DNA of 63,090 nucleotides, filler included, from Octopus bimaculoides (GCF_001194135.2; 7 parts of 7 records of this genome joined end to end with filler, not necessarily neighbours in it); one strand, 5' to 3'. Positions 39,510 to 51,881 are shown, numbered from the whole stretch's first letter. Program-made: numbers and translations. The notes: generated by a model not told the origin, from the sequence alone.

Positions 39510-39704
39510 AGTTGGGAGAATCGATAGTACGTTGAGCAAAATGCTTAGCGGCATTCCGTCCATCTCTGTTCAAATTCAGCCGAGGTTGACCTTGCCTTTC
39601 GTCCCTTCGGGGTAGACAAATTAAGTACCAATGAAACACTGGGGTCGATGAAATAGACTACTCCATTCCCCAAAATTTCAGAACTTGTGCCTAAAGTAGA
39701 ATGG

Positions 39705-39751
<47 letters not shown>

Positions 39752-39753
39752 TA

Positions 39754-39805
<52 letters not shown>

Positions 39806-40217
39806 GTCAGTGAGCTGGCAGAATCCCACTTCACCACGCCAAATACTTGGCAAATCGTTCGACTTTACGCTCTGAGTTCAAATGCTGCCGAGGTAGACTT
39901 TCCCTTTCATCATTTCGGGTTTGATAAAATAGGTACCAGTTGAACACTGTGTCGACGTGATCAATTTAGTCGCTACCCCAAAATTCCTGACCATGTGTCA
40001 AATTTAGAAAAAGTGCGGAGGGCTGGCAGAATCTTTACCACACCGTACAAAATGCTTTGAGGCATCTCATCGGTCTTACGTACTGAGTTCAAATGCCGCC
40101 GATGTCGACTTTGCTCTTCATCATTTTGCGGTCGATAAGATAAATACCAGTCATGTATTGATATCATGGATTTACTCGTCCCCGAAATTGCTGCCCTTGT
40201 GCCAAAGTCTGAAACTG

Positions 40218-40304
<87 letters not shown>

Positions 40305-40525
40305 AAGCGGTGAGCTTGCAAAATTATTAGCACAATCAGCAAAATGCTTAGCGGCATTTCGTCCGTCTTTACGTTCGAATTCAATATACACCGAGGTTAA
40401 CTTTGACTTTAATCTCTCGGGTTCGATAAAATAAGTACCTGTTGTGCACTTGGATCGATGTAATCGACATAAACCGCACCTTCCCCACCTTTGAAATTGC
40501 TGGCCTTGTGCCTTAATTGGTAACC
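39510..40525 (+). mobile_element. Four co-oriented diverged SINE A copies, two junctions filled by (ATT)n/(TAG)n runs
   Basis: Units at about 39510-39705, 39808-40010, 40015-40216 and 40303-40525; (ATT)n at 39706-39804 and (TTA)n(TAG)n at 40217-40302. Confidence 0.85.
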
Positions 40526-42097
40526 AATATTAAGCTATGTATTATAAGAAATGGTGTTCAATCCAGCCGTAGTCAATTTTAGTGAAGAAACAAAATCAAA
40601 AATCCCCTTAAAGTTGATGCCCCAACATAGCCTCAGTTCAATTACTACATTCAGAGTGCGAATAGCCAGTATTTTTATTTGTTCCAATAACAACTTTCGT
40701 ACGTATATTTCTCTAGATTTTCTGCAGGGATGTATATAAAGTAGGGAGGAGAAGAAAAAGAAAGAAAAAAGAGTAAAAGCAGAATAATAAAAAGAAAATT
40801 AAGAAGGTTGAGAAAGGTGAGGGCTAGAAATAAAATAAGGAAATAAAAAATCACAGGTCTAGAATTATTCTAACGAAGTGACTATAGCAAACATGACAAA
40901 AGAATAACCACAGCATTCGGAAGACAATTCAACCACTGCTACAGCTACAAGAAATTTCAATCATACAAATGAGGGTTAAGCCGAGTCCCCATTAGTGATG
41001 ACATTGCTGTACGATTGGTCCTGGACAATCAGCTAAATATTGGATAGGAGAAGATGGAGGTTAGGAAATAGAATCAGGTTTTATCAACGTTCGTTATCGA
41101 ATGGTGTAATTCCTATAAATAGATGTTAAAACTTTCTTCAATTCATATTCATATTGCCATGCTGGGTATTTATAGACGATTTCTATAGTTCTCGGCCCCA
41201 GATTTCATTGAAATCTTCTGATCTGGTTGTCGTATTTAACCCAGAGTCTCCATGTGAAGTATAAATATGATATTTTTCAAGCATTTTCTAGATGAAAAAA
41301 AAACAAATGCCTCTTTTATCTTAATTGATAGGTATAATTAAAATATTACTTCCCCTTATTATTGATAACATAACTGCATCTATTTGGCAAATTGTTGATC
41401 TCCTTCAGTGCATAATGTTTCAAGTTTCGAAGAAAAGAAACACTCAATACCGTTTTCAATCTCTTCACAATTAATAAACAGATATCTCTCTAAACGATGT
41501 TACCAGGATCTGAAAAGATGATAATCAGATGGAGCAAGGTCTGGAAAGTAAGAAGGACGAGGCAAAACTTACATATATATTGTCATAATATTTTCCTGAG
41601 TGACTCGAATATGTGGTTTTGTAGTTACGTATAAAAGCAGCACCCTCTACGATTGACAGATGATGGGTGCTTTTGTTCTGTTAATTTTTGTACAAGGTTA
41701 CAATTGACCACAAATATTATGCATTAACTATTTCGTTTTGGTCTAATTCAAACCGTCGTTTCATATCTCACCAAGCACAGAAAACTTTTTTTCCGTGCGT
41801 AGGCGTAGTTTGAGGATGGAGTCTCCTTTCTTATTAAATGTTAACCATTTTCATTATGGTTAGATGCTATTGCAGAGAACCCAGTTTTCACCACTTGTGG
41901 TGACTCTAACCAGGCAAAGTGCTGTAGCAAGTGTATTTTCAATGACACGAAGAGGACAACAATTTGAGGAGGACTCAGATGATGAGGGACCAGCTGACGG
42001 AATTAAGACATTTTATTTAGTTCGTGGTGGTGTTTTCTGATCAATGTATGACTAGAATTGAACTGATTGCATCCCTAATTTTCGGGTAGTTTGTTTA

Positions 42098-42208
42098 CTC
42101 TTTTACTTGTTTCAGTCATTTGACTGCGGCCATGCTGGAGCAGCGCCTTTAGTCGAGTAAATCGACTCCAGGACTTATTCTTTTTGGAAGCCTAGTACTT
42201 TTTCTATC
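42098..42208 (-). mobile_element. SINE C tail, truncated by a gap
   Basis: TTTTACTTGTTTCAGTCATTTGACTGCGGCCATGCTGGAGCAGCGCC. Confidence 0.8.
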
Positions 42209-42535
42209 NNNNNNNNNNNNNNNNNNNNNNNNNNNNNNNNNNNNNNNNNNNNTTAATTAATTAANNNNNNNNNNNNNNNNNNNNNNNNNNNNNNNNNNNN
42301 NNNNNNNNTTGTAATCCTTTGAAACATATGTAGGAATAGAGTATGCAATTATAACATACGTTTTCTCCAATCCTTAAACTCTTAAATATACTCAAATACC
42401 CAAAATTTCAAGGAGTTCCTGCCTTAAAAACAGGAGCTAACCACAGTTATTTTGTGTTCTTTGCTACATTGGTTTCTATTAACCCATTTATTCTATCAGA
42501 AGAATTTTTATTCATTAAGATAGAAGAAATACACA

Positions 42536-42578
<43 letters not shown>

Positions 42579-42626
42579 ATATATATGCACACACACGAAT
42601 GGGTGCTGAAAAACTCCTGGGCTTTG

Positions 42627-42833
42627 TTTTATATCCTGGTGTTGGATAAATGATTTTTAATGAAGCAGGGGGAAAGAAAATATTCATATGATACACTACA
42701 ATTACTGTTACCCGAGGTTAAATGCTCTCTGCCAATAGTTCACAGTGAACTGCTTGCTCTTCAATTGCTCACAGTTCTTTATGTGTCAATCCACTTTTAG
42801 TCATATGGGGGTAGTTGGAATCCTTCCACAACA
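42627..42833 (-). repeat. 3' LTR of Gypsy element 1
   Basis: Starts TGTTG immediately after the PPT; roughly 85% identical by eye to 46853-47068. Confidence 0.9.
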
Positions 42834-42899
42834 TCTCCCCTTTTTAGAATTAGTCTCCCCTAACTTCTCCCCTTTTGAGAATTAAATTCCACTCAGAGT

Positions 42900-45780
42900 T
42901 TTAATATCTCTTATGCTTAGGGTTCAGTTCTTTGCCATTGCTTCTGTTCTTTTCCATTTTCTGGAGCTAGAATATGTAGCTTCAAATTGTTTGGGTGTTG
43001 GTACCTCAAACATGCTGTACAATACTTCCATGGGGATTACATTTCTCATTACTGTTTTTTCTGTGAATCTTTTTTAAGTTGGTTAATATATCTTTTATGT
43101 TCGACATTTTTTCCTTTTACCAGGAATAACTTTCTGCCAATTTATTTAATAATTACACCATCCTCCCAGCTTTCTTTACCATATCTATAGGTTTAAAAAA
43201 AAATTTTGCCACCTAACTGGAGGAATTTTGAAGTATATTTGTTGTTCACCTTTTTTCTATTTTCACTCAGTATCATCTTATCATAAACGAATCTGATCTT
43301 TCTAGCAAACATCAATTCTGCGGGTGACATTCCAGACAGGGTATTTGGATTACTCAGTACACTCTTAGAAACAGTTGCAGTGCAAGGTCATCCATTACTG
43401 TATTGTTCGCCTTTTTTAACACCCTTTTGAAAGTGTCAACAAAATGCTCTGCTTGTCCATTTGACCTAGGATGATATGGCAAAGTGGTGATATATTTGAT
43501 GATGAAAATTTTACAAAATTTTCTGAACTCCTCTGAAGTAAATTGAGTTCCATTATCAGACACAATGGTATCAGGAATATCATATCTAGGGGAAAATTCA
43601 TGTAAAAAACTTACACAAAGTGTAAAAAACACTTATGCACTTCAGGTCATTTTGAAAGACTGTCCACCACAACAAGGTAATATGAACCCTTAAGTGGACC
43701 TGCACAATCAACATGCAGTCTGGACCATGGAATATCTGTTTTTGGCCATGGTTGCTATTTAGTGGTAGGTGCTTTTGCAAATTGGGCACACCCTCTGCAT
43801 ACTTTAACTAGTTCTTCAATGTCACAGTCCATTGTTGGCCAATATACATAACTTATTAACAATTTCATTCTCAAAATCCCTGGGTGACTAATGTGAAATT
43901 CCTTTAGTAATCGCTTCTGTAGTGTGGTTGGCACTACGACTCTTTGTGCATTCATCAACACATTGTCACATATTGAGAATGCATTTGAATTTGTGTTGTA
44001 CATATTTTTATCTCTTTTAGCCTTCAGCATTTTTTTCATTTTTTAATGAATTTATTGTTTTCTGATTTTAATTTTTTGTCTTGTAATATGACTAGCAAAT
44101 TTTATTTTCAACAACATTTTATGAAATCAGTCTTGATAAACAATCAACATGGCCTAATTTCTTAGATCATATATGCTCCATCTTAAAATCAAAGTTTAAT
44201 AATATAGTACCCCCATTAGTAGTATAGGTAGGGATTCCTTTCTTCAACCCATATTGATAATAATGGATGATGATTAGTCTGTAGTCAAAAATTTCTACAG
44301 TCTAAAAATCTATGAAATTTTTTTATAGCAAAGACAATTGCTAGAGCCTCTTTTTCAATTTGGCTGTAATTTTTTCTGCTGATATCAGAGAACATGAAGC
44401 ATGAACCACTGCTTTCATGGTACCATCTTTATATTTATGTACCATTACTGCTCTGCTACCATACTCAGAGGCATCTGAAGCTACAACAATCTCCACTGCA
44501 GGATCAAAGGGCTAAGGCCAAAATCAGATGTTAATATATTTTTAATTTCATCGAACGCCTTCTGACAATTTTCAGACCAAATCCACTTTACATCTTTTTT
44601 TGGCAGAATATTTATGCATATTTGGAATATAATTTTTGTAATAATTTGCCAGTCCCAAAAAAGCTTGTAAGGTCCCTATATTTGTCAGAGGAAGCATATT
44701 TTTAATTGTGTTTGCCCTTGATGGATCTGGTTGATGCTCATTTCTGTCAATGATTTATCCTAAATATTTTATTTTTGGTAAGAAAAATTCACACTTTTCT
44801 TCACTCAAAGTAAAGTCATAATCCCTAATTTTTTTTAACACATATTTTATATGTTAGCCCCAGGATTTGCTTTTAATGTGTATATTATCTAGATATGGAA
44901 TTGCAAATCCACAGTCCACTAACACTATCCATAATGTGTTGAAAAATCACTGGTGCGACTTTTAAGCCAAATGGTACCCTGTAGTATTTATATAGTCTTT
45001 TATGTGTGTTAATTATTAGGTATTTAGAGCATTCATCATCTACTCTACTTTGTAGGTACGTATCAGAGAGATCCAATTTAGAAAATATCTTGCCACCATT
45101 TAATTTCACAAATATGTCCTCCTGAATAGGTAGCAGATAGTGGCACATTTTAAGACATTCATTTAAACCAATGGAAAAATCAGAACACACTCTGATTTTA
45201 TTATTCTTTTTCTTAATAAACACAGTTGGTGATGCCCATTGACTATATTCCACATTTTGGATAACTCCAATTTTTCTAGTCTCTCTAACTCTAAGTTTAT
45301 CTGTTCCAATGCTGTGAAAGGTACCTTTCGTTTTGGTTTAAATACAGGTATAGCATTATCTTTTACTTGAAACTTCACCTTTGTTTTGGTGTACAGACCC
45401 AATTCATCAGGCACAACTTCAGGAAGAATGTTTTTCAATTATTTTTTTTAATTCGTCTGGTGTCAAAACAATTCACATTTTTACAGATTTATGGGAAGGT
45501 CCTATAAGTTAAATAATTCCATCCAGTCTGTTCCAAATAGATTTGTTATATTATTCAACACAGAAACTTTGGCTTTTAAGGTTTTTCCACAGAATGTAAC
45601 GTCACTTAACATTTCCCCTTTAAAATGTAATTTTTTTTCTGAAACACCACGTGCAATTTTTGAAGTTTCTTTTAATCTAGATCTCCCATGTATATGTGTT
45701 AATTATCAAGATATCACTGTTTGTGTCCAATTGTAAATTTATGTTTGTTATTAATTTTTACATACACAAATTTCCTTTGC
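42900..45780 (-). pseudogene. pol: Gypsy pol (protease, RT, RNase H, integrase) with frameshifts and stops
   Basis: LQLDTNSDI (DTG>DTN) at about 45700; WASPTVFIKKKNNKIRVCSDF; FSKLDLSDTYLQ; SDNGTQFTS; YHPRSNGQAEHFVDTFK. Confidence 0.9.
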
Positions 45781-45849
45781 GGCTCGTTCATATTTCTTGT
45801 CACTGATAATCTGTTTATACAATTTTTTCTGTTCAATTGTTTTCTATGT

Positions 45850-46772
45850 TTTGTTTTACAGTGTGATTTTTTCTATGACCTATCTTGAAGCATTTTATAT
45901 TTTTAAATGAACAGTTGCTTTTAAAACGTAGACCACCACACCTATAACATAGATTCAGTCCTGACATATTTTTCTCTTTTTACATATCTGTTATTGGTCA
46001 ACACATATGAATATGAGAGCAATCTTTTTCTTTAATTTTATCTGCATCATGTCTTAGATTCATAATCCTCTGGTATTCTTCTGCTACTACCAGTAGAGTT
46101 GTAATTTTGTTAATATCCAGGAACGTATATCTGCTCCTTTGCTTGCAGTTAGCCCTCAAACAAAAATTAGACATTTGAACATGTCCAGGGTTAATTCATT
46201 TAATTTGAATTGGTTACTGTTATACGAGGTTAAACGCTTTCTGCCAATGGTTCACAGAGAACTGCTTGCTCCCCAATTGCTCACAGTTCTTTATTTTATA
46301 GCAATGTCTCAGTCCACTTTTAGTCACATGGGTGTGGTCAGAATAGGTGATGAAATCTTCAACATCTTTTTTGGCCAAATTTAACATTGCCAGGGAACTT
46401 CTTTCACTGAAAATTTTCAATAAAAAATTGTTTCATCAAAACAAATCTCACCTGGTTTCTTTGGCAGAATTTAGTTATTATATTTTTCATGTTTGACAGG
46501 AGATAACTTTCTTAAAAGTAATCTTTTATCTCATCCATCCAAATTTTACATTCTTCTTTGAAAATTTCTTTGTATCTTCGAAAATATGCTGAGAAGGTAA
46601 TCCCTTCTGGTTTATAGCTGAATTCTTGAATTGAATTTGTTACGCTATCTAGTGAGTAAGAACCTGCAGTATTTTCTGACTTCTTCAACATTAATTGCAG
46701 GAACTGTTGGTTTTGTTGTTGTTGCTGTTGCAATAGCTGTTGTTGCACCATGGAGGACAATAAGTCCTCCAT
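45850..46772 (-). pseudogene. gag: Gypsy gag with Q-rich N-terminus and decayed zinc knuckles
   Basis: ATG at 46772 starts MEDLLSSMVQQQLLQQQQQQ...SIQEFSYKPEGITFSAYFRRY; CYRCGG knuckle at about 45950. Confidence 0.85.
46211..46345 (-). repeat. 135-bp exact copy of part of the 5' LTR (46923-47057) embedded in gag
   Basis: Base-for-base identity by inspection. Confidence 0.9.
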
Positions 46773-46852
46773 GTTAAAACGATTTTTTTCTTTGGTTACA
46801 TACCAAAAAAATTCTAAACATCCAATGCAAGTTTCAGACAACTCATTGCCAC

Positions 46853-47068
46853 TTTTATATCCTGGTGTTGGATAAATACTTTAATGAAGCAGGGGGAAAG
46901 AAAGTATTCATATGACGCACTATGGTTACTGTTATACGAGGTTAAACGCTTTCTGCCAATGGTTCACAGAGAACTGCTTGCTCCCCAATTGCTCACAGTT
47001 CTTTATTTTATAGCAATGTCTCAGTCCACTTTTAGTCACATGGGTGTGGTCAGAATACTTCCACAATA
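46853..47068 (-). repeat. 5' LTR of Gypsy element 1
   Basis: Adjacent to the PBS and bounded by the TSD. Confidence 0.9.
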
Positions 47069-47164
47069 CTTTGTGTAAAAGAAAATACAGGAGAATCAGT
47101 TAATTATGACTTTATTCGACATATTCCCCCATCAGATTCACACACTTACTGCAGCATTTTTTCT

Positions 47165-49468
47165 GTCCCTTCCAGACCTAGCATAACATGGTGGTGGAAT
47201 AATACTGTAGATAGGGCCATTAGAACAAAGAAATGTGGAAGAGTGTGGGTAGCAGGGTAATATGTATCAGATAGCCAGAAAGTAAGCTAGGAGACAGATA
47301 TATATATATAGCCAAGGGAGAAGCAGAAAAGAAGAAGTTTGCCAATGTTCAGTGACGTGAGAACCAAAGAACTGAAATATTTCGGATCGCAAGATAGTGT
47401 GAAAGAAAATTGTGATGTCATAGGAGAGAAATGTGTCCGCATGGATGATGGTACACTTGCATTTAAAGATTCTGCAAAGAAAGAGTCTTGGAGATGATAT
47501 TATGAAAGACTGCTGAATGTGAAGAATGAATGGAAGGAGGAGAGCCTGTGATAGGTTGACCCAATTGAAGGACCAGCTATCCGAATCGACAGTACCTTGG
47601 TAGATAAAGCAATTAAGGACATGAAGACAAGGAAAGCCCCTGGCCCATCAGGAGTCAATCGTATTGTAAATCAGGTAGTTCACAAAGGAGTCATACCCAA
47701 TGACTGGTGTAGCAGTACCATTGTCAACTGCTACAAAGGTAAAGGTGATGCTTTAAATAGAAATAACTGCAGAGGTATCAAATTGCTGGATCAGGTGATG
47801 AAGGTCACGGAGAAGGTCATAGCCCAACTAATTAGGGAGAAAGTTAGTTTAGATGAGATGCAGTTTGGGTTTGTGCCAGATAGAAGCACCAGCTAGCCAA
47901 AGATTAACCTCTGTACTTGGCTTTTGTTGACTTATCTAGTGGTCAATGTGGAAACTAGGGATAGATGAGTGGTTGGTAAAAGCTGTACAAGCCCTGTACA
48001 GGAATGCTGTCAGTAAGGTGAGGGTTGGCAACGAGTATAGCAAAAGAATTCCTGGATCAGTCCTCAGCCCCCTCTTATTCATCATAGTTCTCCAGCCAAT
48101 AACAGAGGAATTCAAGACAGAATGCCCCTGGGAGCTCCTCTATGCTGGTGACCTTGATCTAATAGCTCAGTTACTACCAGAACTACAGATGAAGTTTCAA
48201 GTGTGGAAGCAAGGTCTAGAATCGAAGGGCCTAAGAGTCAATCTAGCAAAAACCAAAGTCCTAGTAAGTAGGAAGACAAACAAATCACAAACCCCTTCAG
48301 GTAGATGTCCCTGCTCGATTTGTAGAAAAGGTGTAGGTAGAAACTCCATAAGATATACCCAGTGTAAGCTGTGGACACATAAGTGGTGCAGCAATATCAA
48401 AGGAAAGTTAACTGGGAAGATAGTTTTTGTGTATGGCAGCTTCACAAGGGCAATAAACACCAAAGATGTACAGAAAACAGCTTCCATCACATGCCAGTGG
48501 GGAGTAACTTGAAGTGGTTGATAGTTTCCACTACCTAAGTGACCAAGTCTGTAGTGGGGATGGATGCTCTGAGAGTGTTGTCACTAGAATAAGAATAGCC
48601 TGGGCAAAATTCAGAATGCTCATACCTCTGCTAGTAACAAAGGGCCTCTCATTCAGAGTGAAAGGTAGACTGTATGATGCCCCTGTGTGAACAGCCATGC
48701 TACATAGCAGTGAAACATCAGCCACGACTGTTGAGGACATAAGTAGGCTTGAAAGAAATGAAGCTAGTATGATCCACTGGATGTGTAATGTCAGTGTGCA
48801 CACATGACAGTGTAAGCTGGACATAAGAAGCATCAGATGTGGTGTGCAAGAGAGACAACTGCACTGGTATGGTCATGTATTGCGTATGGATGAGGAGAGC
48901 TGTGTAAAGAAGTGTCACACTCTGACAGTGGAAGGAACCCATGGAAGAGGGAGACCTAGGAAGACATGGGATGAGGTGGTAAAGCATGACCTTTGAACAT
49001 TGGGCCTCACAGAGGCACTGACAAGAAACCAAGACCTTTGGAGATATGCTGTAATTGAGAAGACCTGGCAAGTAAAGTGAGATCATAGCCGTGGCTGATA
49101 CCAGTGTCGCATAGCAAGCCCATTTAAAAGTACCCTTCAATCATTGGGCAATACGCTGCACTTGAGAAGACCTATTGAGTCAAGTAAGATCAAATCAAAA
49201 TTGAAATCAAAATGGAAATCGTAGTTGTGGCTGATGCCAGTGCTGCCTGACTGGCACCTGTAATAAGCACCATTCAAGCGTGAGTTGATGCCAGTGCCGC
49301 CTGACTAGCTCCCTGTACCTTTGACACGTAAAAATCCCACTACACTCTCCAAGTGGTTGGTGCTAGGAAGGGCATCCAGCTGTGGAAACCTTGCCAGATC
49401 AGAGTGGAGCCTAGTGCAGCCTACTTGCTTACCAGTCCTGACAAACCGTCCAACCCATGCCAGCATGG
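47165..49468 (+). mobile_element. RTE-clade LINE, 5'-truncated and decayed, with 3' UTR
   Basis: TWWWNN; KAPGPSG; CRGIKLLDQVMKV; MQFGFVP; GSVLSPLLF; LLYAGDL (YADD>YAGD); GRGRPRKTWDEVV; the 3' UTR ends CCAACCCATGCCAGCATGG. Confidence 0.92.
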
Positions 49469-49512
49469 CCTTTCACAATACCTTTGAAACAGGAACTTTT
49501 CAGCACCCTCTC

Positions 49513-49552
<40 letters not shown>

Positions 49553-50328
49553 ATAAGAGTGAAAAAACTACAGAAGGCTTGTGTTACATGGTTAAAGTAT
49601 ATATTTAAATTATGTCAGAAAAATGTTAGAAAATCTTTTTGGTATATAAACATTGTATTTTGAGAAATAACCGGTTTCGTGTTGTCTTTTCAAATTTCTC
49701 TACTTCATTGTAANNNNNNNNNNNNNNNNNNNNNNNNNNNNNNNNNNNNNNNNNNNNNNNNNNNNNNNNNNNNNNNNNNNNNNNNNNNNNNNNNNNNNNN
49801 NNNNNNNNNNNNNNNNNNNNNNNNNNNNNNNNNNNNNNNNNNNNNNNNNNNNNNNNNNNNNNNNNNNNNNNNNNNNNNNNNNNNNNNNNNNNNNNNNNNN
49901 NNNNNNNNNNNNNNNNNNNNNNNNNNNNNNNNNNNNNNNNNNNNNNNNNNNNNNNNNNNNNNNNNNNNNNNNNNNNNNNNNNNNNNNNNNNNNNNNNNNN
50001 NNNNNNNNNNNNNNNNNNNNNNNNNNNNNNNNNNNNNNNNNNNNNNNNNNNNNNNNNNNNNNNNNNNNNNNNNNNNNNNNNNNNNNNNNNNNNNNNNNNN
50101 NNNNNNNNNNNNNNNNNNNNNNNNNNNNNNNNNNNNNNNNNNNNNNNNNNNNNNNNNNNNNNNNNNNNNNNNNNNNNNNNNNNNNNNNNNNNNNNNNNNN
50201 NNNNNNNNNNNNNNNNNNNNNNNNNNNNNNNNNNNNNNNNNNNNNNNNNNNNNNNNNNNNNNNNNNNNNNNNNNNNNNNNNNNNNNNNNNNNNNNNNNNN
50301 NNNNNNNNNNNNNNNNNNNNNNNNNNNN

Positions 50329-50900
50329 GAGGATTCAACCCACTAAGGGATAGTATCTATCCAATATGCTGCTGGGAGGGTACCCAATTATTGTTACACT
50401 AGTGTTATACCAAGTGTAATAAGTGGGTGCGAGTAAAAGGGGGGTTATTTTACCCTAAATTTATATAGCAATAAGAAAATGGAGGAGAATATGCGGTATC
50501 CATCGACTTGCAGACAGTGTATTCCGTTGAATTAATTTATTTATTTTGTAACTAAAATGACAAAAACCACAATATACAGATGCTTATGACATACCATGTT
50601 ATATTAACAATCGAGGTTACAAATATAAAGTACATTAGGAATTTGAGAATAAATAGAAACTTACAGTTGTTTCGGCCTAGCGTTGACATGCCCCATTCTA
50701 TAGCTCCTGCGTGCCGGAGTAATTAGCAGATGAAAATGATGTAATGGGGGTACATGCATGATTCACTAGGCCTCTTCAGAGATTCACAAAAATTCAATAC
50801 AAATATAAAGTAAAAAATAAAAATAAAAATATAGAAATAAAAATAAGAATACAGAAAAAATAAAAATAAATGAAAAATGAAAATATAAAAATATAAGGCA
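50329..50900 (-). mobile_element. Non-coding repeat carrying a hammerhead motif, probably Penelope-associated
   Basis: Contains the hammerhead at 50656-50785; a related decayed GAAACCGGT motif lies at about 49670 across the gap. Family assignment is inference. Confidence 0.45.
50656..50785 (-). ncRNA. Type I hammerhead ribozyme motif with a long stem II insertion
   Basis: Stem I GAATCT/AGTTTC (5 of 6 pairs); CTGAAGA; stem II GGCCTAGTG/CGCTAGGCC (9 bp) around an 81-nt loop; GAAA; C-AACT-G; GTA cleavage triplet. Confidence 0.7.
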
Positions 50901-51609
50901 CATAAAAAGCCTACAAACAGTATATAAGACCATATAAATAGTTTTAGACACTCCAATACACATGTCTGTGCCTGTGTACATAACCATACGTATATATCTA
51001 TGGATACGAAAGCATATATAGATGAGTACATATGTGTGTCCAGATGTACGTCAACAGTCACTGCCACCACATGTGAGGGGGAAATATACATATATATATA
51101 TCTATCTCCTCACACATACGTACATACATACATATATGTATACACAAATATTCCCATACATACATGGTCCCTGGCACCAACGTTAGTCGTTGCGTTTTGA
51201 AAGCTGTTTATATTTTAAAAATTTGCTGGGTGTGTGCGTGTCAGTTCTGTATGTGGTGGATGGGTTTATGTGAAAGTTCTTTCCAGAGGAGTTATTAATA
51301 CTCTAATAGCAATAATAATAATGATGATNNNNNNNNNNNNNNNNNNNNNNNNNNNNNNNNNNNNNNNNNNNNNNNNNNNNNNNNNNNNNNNNNNNNNNNN
51401 NNNNNNNNNNNNNNNNNNNNNNNNNNNNNNNNNNNNNNNNNNNNNNNNNNNNNNNNNNNNNNNNNNNNNNNNNNNNNNNNNNNNNNNNNNNNNNNNNNNN
51501 NNNNNNNNNNNNNATATATATATATATATATATATATAATCATAAATCCAAAAGAGAAGCACACTCCAAGTTATAGAGCAGTAGAGTATTTAGATAAAGA
51601 CAGTTATGG

Positions 51610-51881
51610 CCAGTTTATAGGTTGCCCAGCACTTCATGTCCATAAAGTGCTCAGCTTTACGATGTCTCATCAGAATCCAATGGCTGGTGACTGATAACCT
51701 CTCTTCCAAATGGAGGAAGAGGAGGCCTCATAAGTAGTTATTGAACACACAACTAGCAATGAGGCCTTTTCACCCTCCATTTTGAAGAGAGGTTGTAGGC
51801 CACCAGCCATTAAGGTCTGACGAGATGTTGTAAAGCTAAGCACTTTATGGACATGAAACCCTGGGTAACCTTATAAACTGG
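51610..51881. repeat. Fold-back with about 122-bp arms, roughly 80% identical
   Basis: Arms at 51610-51731 and 51759-51881. Confidence 0.9.
51811..51873 (+). ncRNA. Type I hammerhead ribozyme motif (near-canonical)
   Basis: Stem I TAAGGT/ACCTTA (6 of 6); CTGACGA; extended stem II ATGTT..TAAAG/CTTTA..GACAT; GAAA; CC-CTG-GG; GTA. G10.1 lacks its C partner. Confidence 0.6.

Larger units (their letters stand above)
42627..47068 (-). mobile_element. Full-length decayed Gypsy LTR retrotransposon (Mag/K02A2.6-like)
   Basis: LTRs at 46853-47068 and 42627-42833; PBS-like TGGCAATGAG at 46842-46851; PPT AAAAAGGGGAGA at 42834-42845; 5-bp TSD CTTTG at 42622-42626 and 47069-47073; domain order gag-PR-RT-RH-INT. 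Confidence 0.93.
42596..49513. mobile_element. Short non-autonomous mariner-type element (MITE), split by a Gypsy and an RTE insertion
   Basis: TIR CGAATGGGTGCTGAAAAACTCCTG (from 42596) versus the reverse complement of CAGGAACTTTTCAGCACCCTCTCG (to 49513). Its own pieces are 42596-42626, 47069-47164 and 49469-49513. Confidence 0.75.

Noticed and set aside
41872-42040. 56-codon plus-strand ORF containing QFEEDSDDEG
   Set aside because: Short, no recognised homology, and several frames are equally open.
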